Source of the DNA: Acidimicrobiia bacterium | GTDB lineage: Bacteria; Actinomycetota; Acidimicrobiia; Spongiisociales; ZC4RG35 | DNA: 64,000 nucleotides | Direction of reading: 5' to 3' | Assembly (NCBI GenBank): GCA_041742825.1 | Contig: JBGTNX010000017.1 | Coordinates: forward strand, 7,716 to 71,715 | Shown: positions 20,332-30,223 of the stretch, in pieces | How the letters are laid out: each line of letters begins with the position of its first letter | Position numbering within the stretch: position 1 is the stretch's first letter | The notes under the pieces: generated by a model | Databases searched by the model: none | What the model was told of the DNA's origin: nothing | Seen by the model: the letters and a program-made list of their open reading frames with translations, nothing else | Program-made: the position numbers and the translations under genes

Positions 20332-21563
20332 CCCTCTCCCCTCTCGCCCCATCCAGATTTCCCGAGCTCCCCTCCATTGCCGGTGTCGAATTGGGCACGG
20401 CGGCAGCGGGGATCAGGAAGAAGGGGCGGACCGACCTCCTCGTGGCGAAGTTTTCCCCGGGCACCACCGTCGCTGGAGTCTTCACCCGGACCCTATGCCC
20501 TGCCGCCCCGGTCGAATGGTGCCGGCGGATAATAGAAGGCGGCGAAGGCACGGCTGGTGCACTTGTATGCAACTCGGGCAACGCCAATGCATTCACCGGC
20601 AAGGCCGGCGAGGTCTCAACCGAGCTCACTGCGGTGACGGTGGCGACCACTGTGGGGATACCGGCTGACTCGGTTCTGGTTGCGTCCACGGGCGTCATCG
20701 GCGAGCCAATGCCCGACGACAGGATCATCGCAGCGATCCCCCCGCTGCTCTCCGGGCTCGCCCCCGCAGCTTCCGGTAGCTGGGAGCAGGCCGCCGACGC
20801 CATCCGGACCACCGATACCTTCAGCAAGGGTGCATTTGCCGCGGTCTCCGGAACCGGCGCCTCAGTTGTGGGTATTGCCAAGGGCAGCGGGATGATCGCT
20901 CCGGACATGGCAACCATGCTCGGATTTGTTTTCACCGACCTCGGCATCGCCCCCGAGATCCTCCAGGAGTCGCTCAACACCTCGGTAGACAGGACTTTCA
21001 ATCGGATCACTGTCGATTCTGACACGTCTACGAATGACACAGTGCTCCTCTTCGCCACCGGTGCAGGCGACGATGAACCCCTCACCTCGAGCGACGATCC
21101 GAGACTCCAAGCGTTCCAGGAGGCTCTCCAGGCCGTCACCCTCGACCTCGCCCATCAGATCATTCGCGACGGGGAAGGTGCTACCAAGTTCGTTGCAATA
21201 AAAGTCACCGGCGCGGTGAGCGAGGAGTCTGCGGTCGCAGTCGCCAGGTCGATTGCTGACTCCCCCCTGGTCAAGACCGCTCTTGCCGCCGGCGATGCCA
21301 ACTGGGGTCGGGTGGTGATGGCAGTGGGGAAGGCCGGCCAACCGGCGAATCGGGACAGGCTCGCAATCTGGATCGGCCCCGAACAAGTAGCGGCCTCGGG
21401 AATAGTCCTCGACGGTTATCGGGAGGAGGTCGCTGCCGCACACCTCGCCCTCGACGAAGTCGAGATAACGGTCGACGTCGGAGTCGGAGACCATGAAGCA
21501 ACCGTGTGGACATGCGATCTCACCCACGGCTACATCGAGATCAACGCCGGGTACCGGACATGA
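20328..21563 (+). CDS. argJ: bifunctional ornithine acetyltransferase/N-acetylglutamate synthase
   Basis: Start set at the GTG in the GTGA overlap with the argC stop; autoprocessing site region ATMLGFVFTD, C-terminal INAGYRT. Confidence 0.92.
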   Translation: MTLSPLAPSRFPELPSIAGVELGTAAAGIRKKGRTDLLVAKFSPGTTVAGVFTRTLCPAAPVEWCRRIIEGGEGTAGALVCNSGNANAFTGKAGEVSTELTAVTVATTVGIPADSVLVASTGVIGEPMPDDRIIAAIPPLLSGLAPAASGSWEQAADAIRTTDTFSKGAFAAVSGTGASVVGIAKGSGMIAPDMATMLGFVFTDLGIAPEILQESLNTSVDRTFNRITVDSDTSTNDTVLLFATGAGDDEPLTSSDDPRLQAFQEALQAVTLDLAHQIIRDGEGATKFVAIKVTGAVSEESAVAVARSIADSPLVKTALAAGDANWGRVVMAVGKAGQPANRDRLAIWIGPEQVAASGIVLDGYREEVAAAHLALDEVEITVDVGVGDHEATVWTCDLTHGYIEINAGYRT

Positions 21564-22435
21564 TCGGCACCACTACCTACGCACCCGAGCAGCGCGCCGA
21601 AGCGCTGGTCGAGGCACTCCCTTACATCAAGCAGTTCCGTGACGCGGTGATCGTCGTCAAGTACGGGGGCAGTGCAATGACCGACCCCGATCTCGCCACC
21701 ACATTTGCCGAAGACATCGTTCTGCTGCGTTCCGTTGGGATGCGCCCGGTGGTCGTCCACGGGGGCGGACCCCAGATCGGGCACCATCTGAAGAAGTTGG
21801 GCAAGGAGACCCGATTCCAGGACGGCCTGCGGGTAACCGACTCCGAAACCCTCGATATCGTGAGAATGATCCTGGTGGGCAAGATCGGGCGGGACATCGT
21901 CGGCGCGATAAACGTCCACGGCGCCTTCGCTGTCGGCCTCTCCGGTGAGGACGGCGGGATGATCACTGCCGAGGCTCATGATGAGTCTCTGGGGCTGGTC
22001 GGCAGGATCGTCTCTGTACAACCGGGGATCATCGAGCGTCTCCTCGCCGAGAACATGATCCCGGTGATCTCCACGATCGGCTCCGACCACGCCGGCCAGG
22101 CCTACAACATCAATGCGGACACCGTTGCCGGCGCCCTGGCGGCAGCCCTCCACGCCGAGAAGGTAATCTACCTCACCGACGTTCCCGGCCTCCTCGAGGA
22201 CCCTTCCGACGCCGACTCGCTGATTCGGAGGACTTCGGTCGGCGAGTTGGAGAAGTTGCTGAAGACCTCGACAATCACCAGCGGGATGATCCCGAAATTG
22301 CAGGCTTGCATCGCTGCTCTCAGGGGAGGGACCGCGTCAGCCCACATGCTCGATGGCACAATCCCCCATGTTCTCCTTCTGGAACTGCTCACAGATGCCG
22401 GCATCGGCACGATGGTGGGGAGCGATCCGCAGTGA
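21560..22435 (+). CDS. argB: acetylglutamate kinase
   Basis: ATGA overlap with argJ; VVKYGGSAM and VVVHGGGPQI motifs. Confidence 0.93.
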   Translation: MIGTTTYAPEQRAEALVEALPYIKQFRDAVIVVKYGGSAMTDPDLATTFAEDIVLLRSVGMRPVVVHGGGPQIGHHLKKLGKETRFQDGLRVTDSETLDIVRMILVGKIGRDIVGAINVHGAFAVGLSGEDGGMITAEAHDESLGLVGRIVSVQPGIIERLLAENMIPVISTIGSDHAGQAYNINADTVAGALAAALHAEKVIYLTDVPGLLEDPSDADSLIRRTSVGELEKLLKTSTITSGMIPKLQACIAALRGGTASAHMLDGTIPHVLLLELLTDAGIGTMVGSDPQ

Positions 22436-23646
22436 CAGTCGCACAAGCAACAGCCTGGGGCACCACCGGGGACCACAGCCCTTTGATGGACAACTACGGA
22501 TCGCCACCACGACTCTTCGTCAAAGGGCTCGGCCCTTACATCTGGGACCGTGAGGGCCGCCAGTACCTCGACTTCCTCGGTGGGCTTGCAGTTGTAGCGT
22601 TGGGGCACTCCCACCCGGCGATCACCAAAGCCGTCGCCAGGCAGGCGGGAGTCCTGGTCCATACCTCGAATCTGTTCGCCAACGAGCACCAGGCACCGGT
22701 GGCCGAGACGATCAACTCACTCGTTGACTGCGGCTCGGGCCAGGTGTTGTTCCAGAACTCGGGTGCGGAGGCCAACGAAGCGGCGATCAAACTCGCCCGG
22801 AAGCACCAAGGCCCGGGAAGGTATGTGGTGGTCTCGGCACTCGGCTCCTTCCACGGAAGGACCCTGGCCACCCTTGCCGCCACCGGCCAACCCGCCAAGC
22901 ACATCCCGTTCGCTCCGATGCCTGACGGATTCCGCCATATCCCCTTCAACGATCTCGACGCCCTCGAGTCGGCAATCGGTGACGATGTCGCCGCAGTCCT
23001 CCTCGAATCGGTTCAGGGTGAGGGCGGGGTCAACCCTGCTGCGCCGGGGTATCTCCGTGTAGTTCGGAGCCTGTGTGATCGGAGTGGTGTGCTGCTCATC
23101 CTCGACGAGATCCAGACCGGAATGGGCCGCACCGGCGAGTGGTTCGGATTCCAGCACGCCGGGATCAGGCCCGACATCGTCACAATGGCCAAGGCTCTCG
23201 GTAACGGTTTTCCTGTTGCCGCGGTATGGGCGACCGATGCTGTCGCCGCGGCCTTCGGGCCCGGGGACCACGGGTCGACATTCGCCGGCCAGCCAGTCGC
23301 TCTGGCCGCAGCCCGGGCTGCCCTCGACGCCTACATCGAAATCGACGCACCAACCCTCGTGCGGGAGATGGGGTCCTATCTGGCGCGGCGGGCAGAGGCC
23401 AGCGTCGGTGTCGAGAAGGTCAGAGGGCAGGGCCTGCTCCTTGCGCTCGAACTGAGCCCGGCAGCTCTTGGCGGCCGTACCGCAAAGGACATCGCCACGG
23501 CCTGTCTCGATCGGGGGCTGATCGTCAACGGTGTCACCCCGACCGCACTGCGCCTGGCACCGCCCTACATCGTCACCAAACAGCAAATCGACGAGGCAAT
23601 CGACATCATCTCCGATGCGATCGCCTCCGCACCCGAGGAGAGATGA
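22432..23646 (+). CDS. argD: acetylornithine aminotransferase
   Basis: GTGA overlap with argB; class III aminotransferase motifs FQNSGAEANE, DEIQTGMGRTG, MAKALGNG. Confidence 0.92.
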   Translation: MTVAQATAWGTTGDHSPLMDNYGSPPRLFVKGLGPYIWDREGRQYLDFLGGLAVVALGHSHPAITKAVARQAGVLVHTSNLFANEHQAPVAETINSLVDCGSGQVLFQNSGAEANEAAIKLARKHQGPGRYVVVSALGSFHGRTLATLAATGQPAKHIPFAPMPDGFRHIPFNDLDALESAIGDDVAAVLLESVQGEGGVNPAAPGYLRVVRSLCDRSGVLLILDEIQTGMGRTGEWFGFQHAGIRPDIVTMAKALGNGFPVAAVWATDAVAAAFGPGDHGSTFAGQPVALAAARAALDAYIEIDAPTLVREMGSYLARRAEASVGVEKVRGQGLLLALELSPAALGGRTAKDIATACLDRGLIVNGVTPTALRLAPPYIVTKQQIDEAIDIISDAIASAPEER

Positions 23647-24551
23647 TGCGCCATTTCCTGGACATCGACGAACTGAGCAAAGACGAGCTCGAGCACGTGC
23701 TCGACCTCTCGTCTCAACCGGCCACGACCGCTCCCCTTGGCGGCAGAGGCATGGCCCTGCTCTTCGAGAAGCCTTCCGCCCGAACCCGAAACGCAATGGA
23801 GATGGCGGTGGTCCAGCTGGGGGGCCATCCCATGTACATCCGGCCCGACGAGCTCGGCCTGGACGTGCGTGAGACCGTTGAAGACGTCACCCGGACGTTC
23901 GCTTGTTACCACGACCTCCTCGGGGCAAGGGTGTTCTCCCATTCCACGGTGGAGCGGATGGCAGCTCTGGACGTGATCCCGGTGGTCAACCTCCTCAGTG
24001 ACAAATCACACCCGATGCAGGCGCTGGGAGACCTGCTCACGATGCGCTCGGAGCTGTCGGTGCTGGAGGACCGCACCATCACATTCATCGGCGACGCCAA
24101 CAATGTTGCACTTTCTCTGGCCAAGGCGGCCGGGTTGGCCGGAATGAGATTCCGCCTCGCCGGCCCGCCCGGGTACTCCTTCTCAACCGACGACATCGAT
24201 GAGATCAACGCGTCTGGCGCTGAAGTCGAGATTTTCCGCTCGCCCTACGAGGCAGTCGCCGACGCGGACGTCGTCTACACCGACACCTGGGCGTCAATGG
24301 GCAAAGAAGACGAGACCGAGGCGCGGGTTGATGCGTTCCAGGAATTCCGGGTCGATACAAATCTGATGTCAGCCGCAGGCGAGAAGGCGATCTTCCTCCA
24401 CTGCCTGCCGGCCAAGCGGGGCAACGAAGTAACCGACGAGGTGCTCGACGGCGCACAAAGTAGGGTCTGGGTCCAGGCCGAGAATCGGATGCACTCCGCC
24501 CGCGGGTTGCTCACCTGGCTCATCGAGGAGAACGGGACGGGTTGCTTATGA
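23643..24551 (+). CDS. argF: ornithine carbamoyltransferase
   Basis: ATGA overlap with argD; SARTR carbamoyl-phosphate motif, HPMQ, HCLP. Confidence 0.93.
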   Translation: MMRHFLDIDELSKDELEHVLDLSSQPATTAPLGGRGMALLFEKPSARTRNAMEMAVVQLGGHPMYIRPDELGLDVRETVEDVTRTFACYHDLLGARVFSHSTVERMAALDVIPVVNLLSDKSHPMQALGDLLTMRSELSVLEDRTITFIGDANNVALSLAKAAGLAGMRFRLAGPPGYSFSTDDIDEINASGAEVEIFRSPYEAVADADVVYTDTWASMGKEDETEARVDAFQEFRVDTNLMSAAGEKAIFLHCLPAKRGNEVTDEVLDGAQSRVWVQAENRMHSARGLLTWLIEENGTGCL

Positions 24552-25009
24552 ACAAGAACCAGCGCCAGCACAAGATCACCGATCTGCTCCGGAATCAGCC
24601 AGTGACCAACCAGGGGCAGCTCGTCGAGCTTCTCGAACAGGAAGGCGTGGTCGCCACTCAGGCAACTGTGTCCCGGGACCTCGACGAACTCGGCGCCGTG
24701 AAGGTGAAATTGGGCGGCGGAGATGCCGTCTACGCAATACCCGAAAACCCCGCTGACCGGGTCGTGCCCGAGGATCTGCTGAAGCGTGTGCTCAGCAACT
24801 GGGTCGTCGATATCCAGTCTTCGGCGAACATCGTCGTGATCCGCACACCCCCGGGCTCGGCACATGTCGTGGCATCGGCAATCGACCGGGCGGGCATGCC
24901 CGACGTACTCGGCACGGTTGCCGGTGACGACACCATGTTCGTGGTGACCTACGAGGGGACCGACGGAAGAGACCTCGCCGCGAGATTCAAGGAGATCGCA
25001 GGATTGTGA
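24548..25009 (+). CDS. argR: arginine repressor
   Basis: ATGA overlap with argF; winged-helix [14 protein letters not shown] and C-terminal GTVAGDDT arginine-binding motif. Confidence 0.9.
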   Translation: MNKNQRQHKITDLLRNQPVTNQGQLVELLEQEGVVATQATVSRDLDELGAVKVKLGGGDAVYAIPENPADRVVPEDLLKRVLSNWVVDIQSSANIVVIRTPPGSAHVVASAIDRAGMPDVLGTVAGDDTMFVVTYEGTDGRDLAARFKEIAGL

Positions 25010-26232
25010 GTATCAATAAGCAAGATATCAAGAAGGTGGTCCTCGCCTATTCGGGCGGCCTCGACACCTCGATCATCCTGCGGTGGCTGCAGGAGACCTA
25101 CGAGGCGGAAGTCATCTGCTTCACGGCGGACATCGGCCAAAAGCACGAGACCGGCCCCGCCCGCGCGAAAGCCTTGAGCCTCGGGGTTCCCGAGAGTGAC
25201 ATCCACATCGAAGACCTCCAGGAAGAATTCGTCAGGGACTACGTATTCCCGATGTTCCGAGCCAATGCAGTTTACGAGGGTGAATATCTCCTCGGCACCT
25301 CGATCGCCCGCCCCCTGATCGGAAAGCGGATCATCGAGCTCGCCCAGGAGAACAGTGCTGACGCAATCGCCCATGGCGCCACCGGCAAAGGCAACGACCA
25401 GATCAGGTTCGAGTTGGCCGCATATTCATTCGCACCCGACATCGAGGTGATTGCCCCGTGGCGGATCTGGGACCTCGACTCGAGAGAGTCGCTGATGAAG
25501 TACGCCAAGGACCGGGGCATCCCGATCGAGAAGACAAGGGGCAAGGAGTCGCCCTTCTCCACCGACGCCAACCTGCTCCACATCTCATATGAGGGCGGCC
25601 CGCTGGAAGACCCCTGGGCCGAGGCTCCGGCGGACATGTGGCAGTGGAGTGTCGATCCGGCCCAGGCTCCGGACCGGCCCACCTTCCTCAACCTCGAGTA
25701 CCAGGGCGGCGACATCGTCGCCATCGACGGCCAGCAGCTCTCGCCTGCTGATGTCCTCACCACCCTGAACGAGATCGGGGCCGCCAATGGAGTCGGCCGT
25801 ATCGACATCGTTGAAAACCGCTATGTCGGGATGAAGAGCAGAGGGTGTTATGAGACTCCAGGCGGGACGATCATGCTCAGGGCGCACCGCGCCATCGAGT
25901 CGATAACCCTCGACCGGGAGGTGGCTCATCTCAAGGACGGTCTCATGCCCAAGTACGCCGAGCTGATCTACAACGGCTACTGGTTCAGCCCCGAACGTAA
26001 GATGCTGCAACTGGCGATCGATCACAGCCAGGAGCACGTCAACGGAGAAGTGAAGGTCAAGTTGTACAAGGGCAACATCGACATAGTGGGGCGGAGGTCG
26101 AGCGAATCGCTGTTCGACGCCCGCACCGCCAGCTTCGGCGAGGACGAGGGTGTCTACAACCAAGCCGACGCCGACGGATTCATCAAGCTCAATGCCCTCC
26201 GCCTTCGCAATCTGGCGCGTAAGCGGCCCTGA
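25006..26232 (+). CDS. argG: argininosuccinate synthase
   Basis: GTGA overlap with argR; [12 protein letters not shown]-binding motif, [10 protein letters not shown]. Confidence 0.95.
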   Translation: MSINKQDIKKVVLAYSGGLDTSIILRWLQETYEAEVICFTADIGQKHETGPARAKALSLGVPESDIHIEDLQEEFVRDYVFPMFRANAVYEGEYLLGTSIARPLIGKRIIELAQENSADAIAHGATGKGNDQIRFELAAYSFAPDIEVIAPWRIWDLDSRESLMKYAKDRGIPIEKTRGKESPFSTDANLLHISYEGGPLEDPWAEAPADMWQWSVDPAQAPDRPTFLNLEYQGGDIVAIDGQQLSPADVLTTLNEIGAANGVGRIDIVENRYVGMKSRGCYETPGGTIMLRAHRAIESITLDREVAHLKDGLMPKYAELIYNGYWFSPERKMLQLAIDHSQEHVNGEVKVKLYKGNIDIVGRRSSESLFDARTASFGEDEGVYNQADADGFIKLNALRLRNLARKRP

Positions 26233-26235
26233 GGG

Positions 26236-27612
26236 ATGACCTTGTGGCAGGGTCGGTTCGATACCGGGCCGTCCGACGATCTCCGTGCGCTCAACGACAG
26301 CCTGGCCTTCGATGCCCGCATGTTCCGTGAGGACATCGCCGGTTCGAGGGCGCACGCCCGGATGCTGGCCAAGGTCGGGCTCCTCAGCGGAGACGAGGCC
26401 GACGAGATCATTGCTGCTCTCGACACCGTCGAAGCGCGGATTGCCGGTGGTGAGTTCGAGTTCGAAGAGAGCGATGAGGACATCCACACCGCCGTCGAGC
26501 GTGGGGTCACTGCGATCACTCCCGCCGGGGCCAAGCTCCACACCGGGCGGAGCCGCAATGATCAGGTGACAACCGACCTCCGTCTCTGGACCAAACAGGC
26601 GATCGACACCACCCTGACTCTCGTTCACCAGTTGGAGAAAACCCTCCTCGCCAGGGCCGCGGAGGCGGATGAGGCAATCCTCCCCGGTTACACCCATCTC
26701 CAGCGGGCGCAACCGGTAACGCTCGCCCACCACCTGCTCGCCCACGGCTGGGCACTGGGCCGCGACTTCGAGCGCCTCCTCGATGCGAAGAAACGCCTCG
26801 ATGTCTCCCCGCTGGGTGCCGGGGCGTTGGCCGGCTCGACCCTTCCCATCGATCCCGAGCTCACAGCCGCCGAGCTGGGGTTCGCGGCGGTGTTCGAGAA
26901 CAGCCTCGACGCAGTCAGCGACCGTGATTACGTCGCTGAGACCTTGTTTGCTCTCAGCCTGCTCGGGGTGCACCTGAGCCGTATCGGCGAGGAGCTGATC
27001 GTTTGGTCATCCACCGAGTTCGCCTATGTGCGGATGGGCGAGAGCCACTCCACGGGATCTTCGATGATGCCGCAGAAGGCAAATCCCGATATCGCCGAAC
27101 TGGCCCGGGGCAAGGCGGGGCGGCTGATCGGCAACCTGACCGGGTTGCTGGTCACCCTCAAGGGCCTTCCCCTCGCATACAACAAGGATCTCCAGGAGGA
27201 CAAGGAGCCCCTCTTCGACTCCTTCGACACGATCCATCTCATCCTCTCCGCTGTCGACGGGATGATCGCCACCCTCACCTTCGACATCGAGCGGATGGCT
27301 GCCGGAGCCGGCTCCCCCTACCTCTACGCCACCGACCTCGCCGAGTGGCTGGTGGCCCGGGGAACGCCGTTCCGCGAGGCTCACGGGATCGTCGGCGGTC
27401 TGGTCAGCCAGGCTCTGGCCGGAGACCAGTCATTCGCTGATCTGGTCCGGGACTCCTCCGCTCTCGGTCCTGAGGCTGCCGCGTTCCTCGATCCTGCTCC
27501 GGGCCGACGGGGCACACCGGGCGGGGGGACGCCACAGGCCGTTGACCGCCAGATGGCCCGCTTCGAAGAACTGATCACAACGCAAGAGAATCTGGTGAAG
27601 CACCTCAGCTGA
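26236..27612 (+). CDS. argH: argininosuccinate lyase
   Basis: LWQGRF N-terminus, GRSRNDQ, fumarate-lyase signature GSSMMPQKANPD. Confidence 0.95.
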   Translation: MTLWQGRFDTGPSDDLRALNDSLAFDARMFREDIAGSRAHARMLAKVGLLSGDEADEIIAALDTVEARIAGGEFEFEESDEDIHTAVERGVTAITPAGAKLHTGRSRNDQVTTDLRLWTKQAIDTTLTLVHQLEKTLLARAAEADEAILPGYTHLQRAQPVTLAHHLLAHGWALGRDFERLLDAKKRLDVSPLGAGALAGSTLPIDPELTAAELGFAAVFENSLDAVSDRDYVAETLFALSLLGVHLSRIGEELIVWSSTEFAYVRMGESHSTGSSMMPQKANPDIAELARGKAGRLIGNLTGLLVTLKGLPLAYNKDLQEDKEPLFDSFDTIHLILSAVDGMIATLTFDIERMAAGAGSPYLYATDLAEWLVARGTPFREAHGIVGGLVSQALAGDQSFADLVRDSSALGPEAAAFLDPAPGRRGTPGGGTPQAVDRQMARFEELITTQENLVKHLS

Positions 27613-27696
27613 CCCCGGCTGGAACTCATACCCGCGCCGGGTGACTGCAGCAAAGTCGAACTTGAGTGTTGTGCTCGCGACGGGGAGACTCCTCAC

Positions 27697-28341
27697 GTGA
27701 GTGAACTGATGCGACTGGATTCTGTGGGAGTGTCCCTCGGGGGCGTGACTGTGCTCGCTGACGTCAGCCTCAACCTTGGTTCCGGGGAGGGGATCGCTAT
27801 CGTCGGCCCCAACGGGAGCGGGAAGACTACGGTTCTCCGGCTGATGGCCACCCTGCTCCGGCCCGCCTATGGCACAGGGACCATCCTCGGGGCAGACCTG
27901 GCGGGGGTTGTCGACCGATCGGTGCGGACCTCGATTGGCCTGATCACACATGCTCCGGCCCTACTCGACGAGTTGACGATCTCGGAGAACCTCATCCACT
28001 TCTGCCGGGTGTCGGGGCGCGCTGAAGCGACGGTACCGAAAGCCCTCTCCGCTGTAGGTATGGAAAAAGTGACTGACCGGCCGGCGGCTCGATGCAGTTT
28101 CGGGATGAAGCGCAGGGCGGAGATTGCCTGGCTGCTTATCGCCAAACCGCGGCTGCTGCTCCTGGACGAGGCCCGCTCGGGCCTCGACGCTGAGGCAAGA
28201 ATCCTCGTCGACTCGCTTTCCCGACTCACCCGGGAGCGTGGCGGAGGCGTAGTGGCAGTGTCCCACGAGGAAGGCGATTTAGGCACGGACCTGGTCGCGG
28301 TGCACCGGCTCGAAAACGGGCGGCTGGGGCAGACCTCATGA
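27697..28341 (+). CDS. ccmA: heme exporter ATP-binding protein CcmA
   Basis: Walker A GPNGSGKTT, signature-like CSFGMKRR, Walker B LLLDEA; first gene of the ccm cluster. Confidence 0.8.
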   Translation: MSELMRLDSVGVSLGGVTVLADVSLNLGSGEGIAIVGPNGSGKTTVLRLMATLLRPAYGTGTILGADLAGVVDRSVRTSIGLITHAPALLDELTISENLIHFCRVSGRAEATVPKALSAVGMEKVTDRPAARCSFGMKRRAEIAWLLIAKPRLLLLDEARSGLDAEARILVDSLSRLTRERGGGVVAVSHEEGDLGTDLVAVHRLENGRLGQTS

Positions 28342-29012
28342 GTCTCTGGCGTCAGTCGACCGAGGTGATGAGGGTCGACCTGGTCGTAGAGCAACGTATC
28401 GGTGACACCTTCCGTATCGTGCTCCCCTTTGCCGTTGTCGCTTTGATGATCTTCTCCCTGGCGATGCCGGCCGGCGTCTCCGATGTCGGGGATGTGGGAA
28501 CGGCTGTCTTCTGGGGTGTGGCCATTCTCTACGGGATGCAGGTTGCCCTGCGCACATCGATGAGCGAAACGGAGCAACGCAAAGACATCGCCATGCTCCT
28601 CGGCCTCGATCCGGCAGCACGCTTCCTCGGAAGGTCGATTGCCGCCGCCCTGCTCTTGACGGGTTTCATGGCGGTCCTCTTCATTGCGATGGTGCTGCTG
28701 TTCACCCCTGACCTCCCCCGGGGTTGGGCCTGGCCAACCGGCCTGGCTATCCTCCTGGCGGCAGCCGGTCTGGCGTTGCTCGCCACCCTGGCCGGCGAGG
28801 TGGCCTCAGGACTCCGCAACCGCTCTGCACTCGCCTCTCTGCTGATCGCTCCCCTCGCCATCCCCCTGGTCGTCGGGGCCTCACAGGTGCTGGAATCTAT
28901 GGCGGGGAACAACGGTATCCTGATCTGGATTTTGCTTCTGATCACAACAGATCTGGCCCTGCTGGTCGCAGGAGTCGGGCTCTCCAGACCGCTAGAGGAA
29001 GCGTCACGATGA
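28338..29012 (+). CDS. ccmB: heme exporter membrane protein CcmB
   Basis: 224-aa six-helix membrane protein, ATGA-coupled between ccmA and ccmC. Confidence 0.75.
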   Translation: MSLWRQSTEVMRVDLVVEQRIGDTFRIVLPFAVVALMIFSLAMPAGVSDVGDVGTAVFWGVAILYGMQVALRTSMSETEQRKDIAMLLGLDPAARFLGRSIAAALLLTGFMAVLFIAMVLLFTPDLPRGWAWPTGLAILLAAAGLALLATLAGEVASGLRNRSALASLLIAPLAIPLVVGASQVLESMAGNNGILIWILLLITTDLALLVAGVGLSRPLEEASR

Positions 29013-29719
29013 GACGAGTACAGATAATGCTCCTGATCGCCGCATTGGCCCTGGCCTTCGGCGCTTACCTGGCATTCACCGCACCGCACGACGCCCTGCA
29101 GGGTGAGTTCACGGCGATGCTCTACATACACGTTCCGACCTTGTGGCTTGCCTTCCTCGCCTTCGGGATCACCGCACTCGGGTCGATAATGTATCTGATC
29201 GGCAAGAAAGCCCGTTGGGACCGCGCTGCGGAGGCGTCGGCGGAGATCGGCGTTCTCTTTGCGGTGGTTGGAGTCTTCACCGGGATGGTCTGGGGCCAGG
29301 CGGTGTGGGGCCAGGCCTGGGATTGGGGCGACGCGAGACTGGCCACCACTGCAGTGATGATCTTCGTCTACATCGGATATCTGGCATTGCGCAAGGCCAT
29401 ACCCGACCCTGAGGTCAGGGCACGGAGATCTGCCATTCTCGGGACCATCGCCGTCATTCAGGTGCCGCTCGTCTACTTCTCGGTCAACCTCTTCCGTACC
29501 CTCCACCAGACCCAATCGATCCGGCCCGACGGGTCGACAATGGATTCTGAGATGCTGGTCGCACTGCTGGTCAACGTGGTCGCCTTCACCATTCTCTATG
29601 CGGCGCTGTTCATGGGGCGCACCTACGTGGCCCGCCTCGAGGCTGCCGGGGTGACGCAAAGGGCACCGGCAGCCGACTCTGTCTCCTCTCCGCGTCTCAA
29701 GGAGATCGAAGATGTCTGA
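29009..29719 (+). CDS. ccmC: heme exporter/heme lyase component CcmC
   Basis: Start at the ATGA overlap with ccmB; WWD motif WGQAWDWGDARL. Confidence 0.9.
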   Translation: MRRVQIMLLIAALALAFGAYLAFTAPHDALQGEFTAMLYIHVPTLWLAFLAFGITALGSIMYLIGKKARWDRAAEASAEIGVLFAVVGVFTGMVWGQAVWGQAWDWGDARLATTAVMIFVYIGYLALRKAIPDPEVRARRSAILGTIAVIQVPLVYFSVNLFRTLHQTQSIRPDGSTMDSEMLVALLVNVVAFTILYAALFMGRTYVARLEAAGVTQRAPAADSVSSPRLKEIEDV

Positions 29720-29813
29720 CGCCTTCGTCGTGTTCGTGTCTTACGCGGTTGTCTACGGCTCAACTCTGGGTTACGCCGCCTATCTCCACTTCCGCCGGAA
29801 GCGAGCTCAGTAG
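29712..29813 (+). CDS. ccmD: heme exporter protein CcmD (33 aa, below ORF-track cutoff)
   Basis: Hand-translated: MSDAFVVFVSYAVVYGSTLGYAAYLHFRRKRAQ*. One TM followed by a basic tail. It overlaps the ccmC stop by 8 nt and ends 2 nt before ccmE, the canonical ccmD position. Confidence 0.75.
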   Translation: MSDAFVVFVSYAVVYGSTLGYAAYLHFRRKRAQ

Positions 29814-29815
29814 AC

Positions 29816-30223
29816 ATGGAGCACCGCACTCTGGTTCTTTCTGGAATCGGAGGGATCATCGCTCTGATCATCACCATGTCGCTCGTCGGCCTGGGCGACA
29901 ACCTGACCTATTACCTATATCCGACCGAAGCAGTCGAGCGACGAGCTGAGTTCCCCGACGGGGAGAACTTCAGGCTGGCCGGAGGCGTGGTGGAGGGCAG
30001 CGTCTCCGCGGAAGGTGAAGACCTTTTCTTCGACGTCTCCGATGGCGGCGCGACGATATCGGTCAAGCTGGTCGACACTCCTCCCCCGCTGTTCGACGAC
30101 ACTGTCCCGGTCCTCCTCGATGGAGCCTGGGACGGTGACACCTACGTCGCGACGAATGCTCTCATCCGCCACGACGAGAACTATGTCGTACCGGAAGAGG
30201 GAACCCCGGCCGAGGGCGACTGA
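29816..30223 (+). CDS. ccmE: cytochrome c maturation heme chaperone CcmE
   Basis: N-terminal TM, OB-fold body, heme-binding RHDENY (HxxxY) near the C-terminus. Confidence 0.9.
   Translation: MEHRTLVLSGIGGIIALIITMSLVGLGDNLTYYLYPTEAVERRAEFPDGENFRLAGGVVEGSVSAEGEDLFFDVSDGGATISVKLVDTPPPLFDDTVPVLLDGAWDGDTYVATNALIRHDENYVVPEEGTPAEGD

Noticed and set aside
19632-21563. A 643-aa ORF suggesting a large ArgJ fusion. Similar cases: 22306..23646, 23226..24551, 28724..29719, 9079..10173, 46070..47014
   Set aside because: The N-terminal portions overlap the preceding gene out of frame and are low-complexity. Conserved protein N-termini begin at ATGA/GTGA/TGATG overlap starts, so the ORFs were trimmed.
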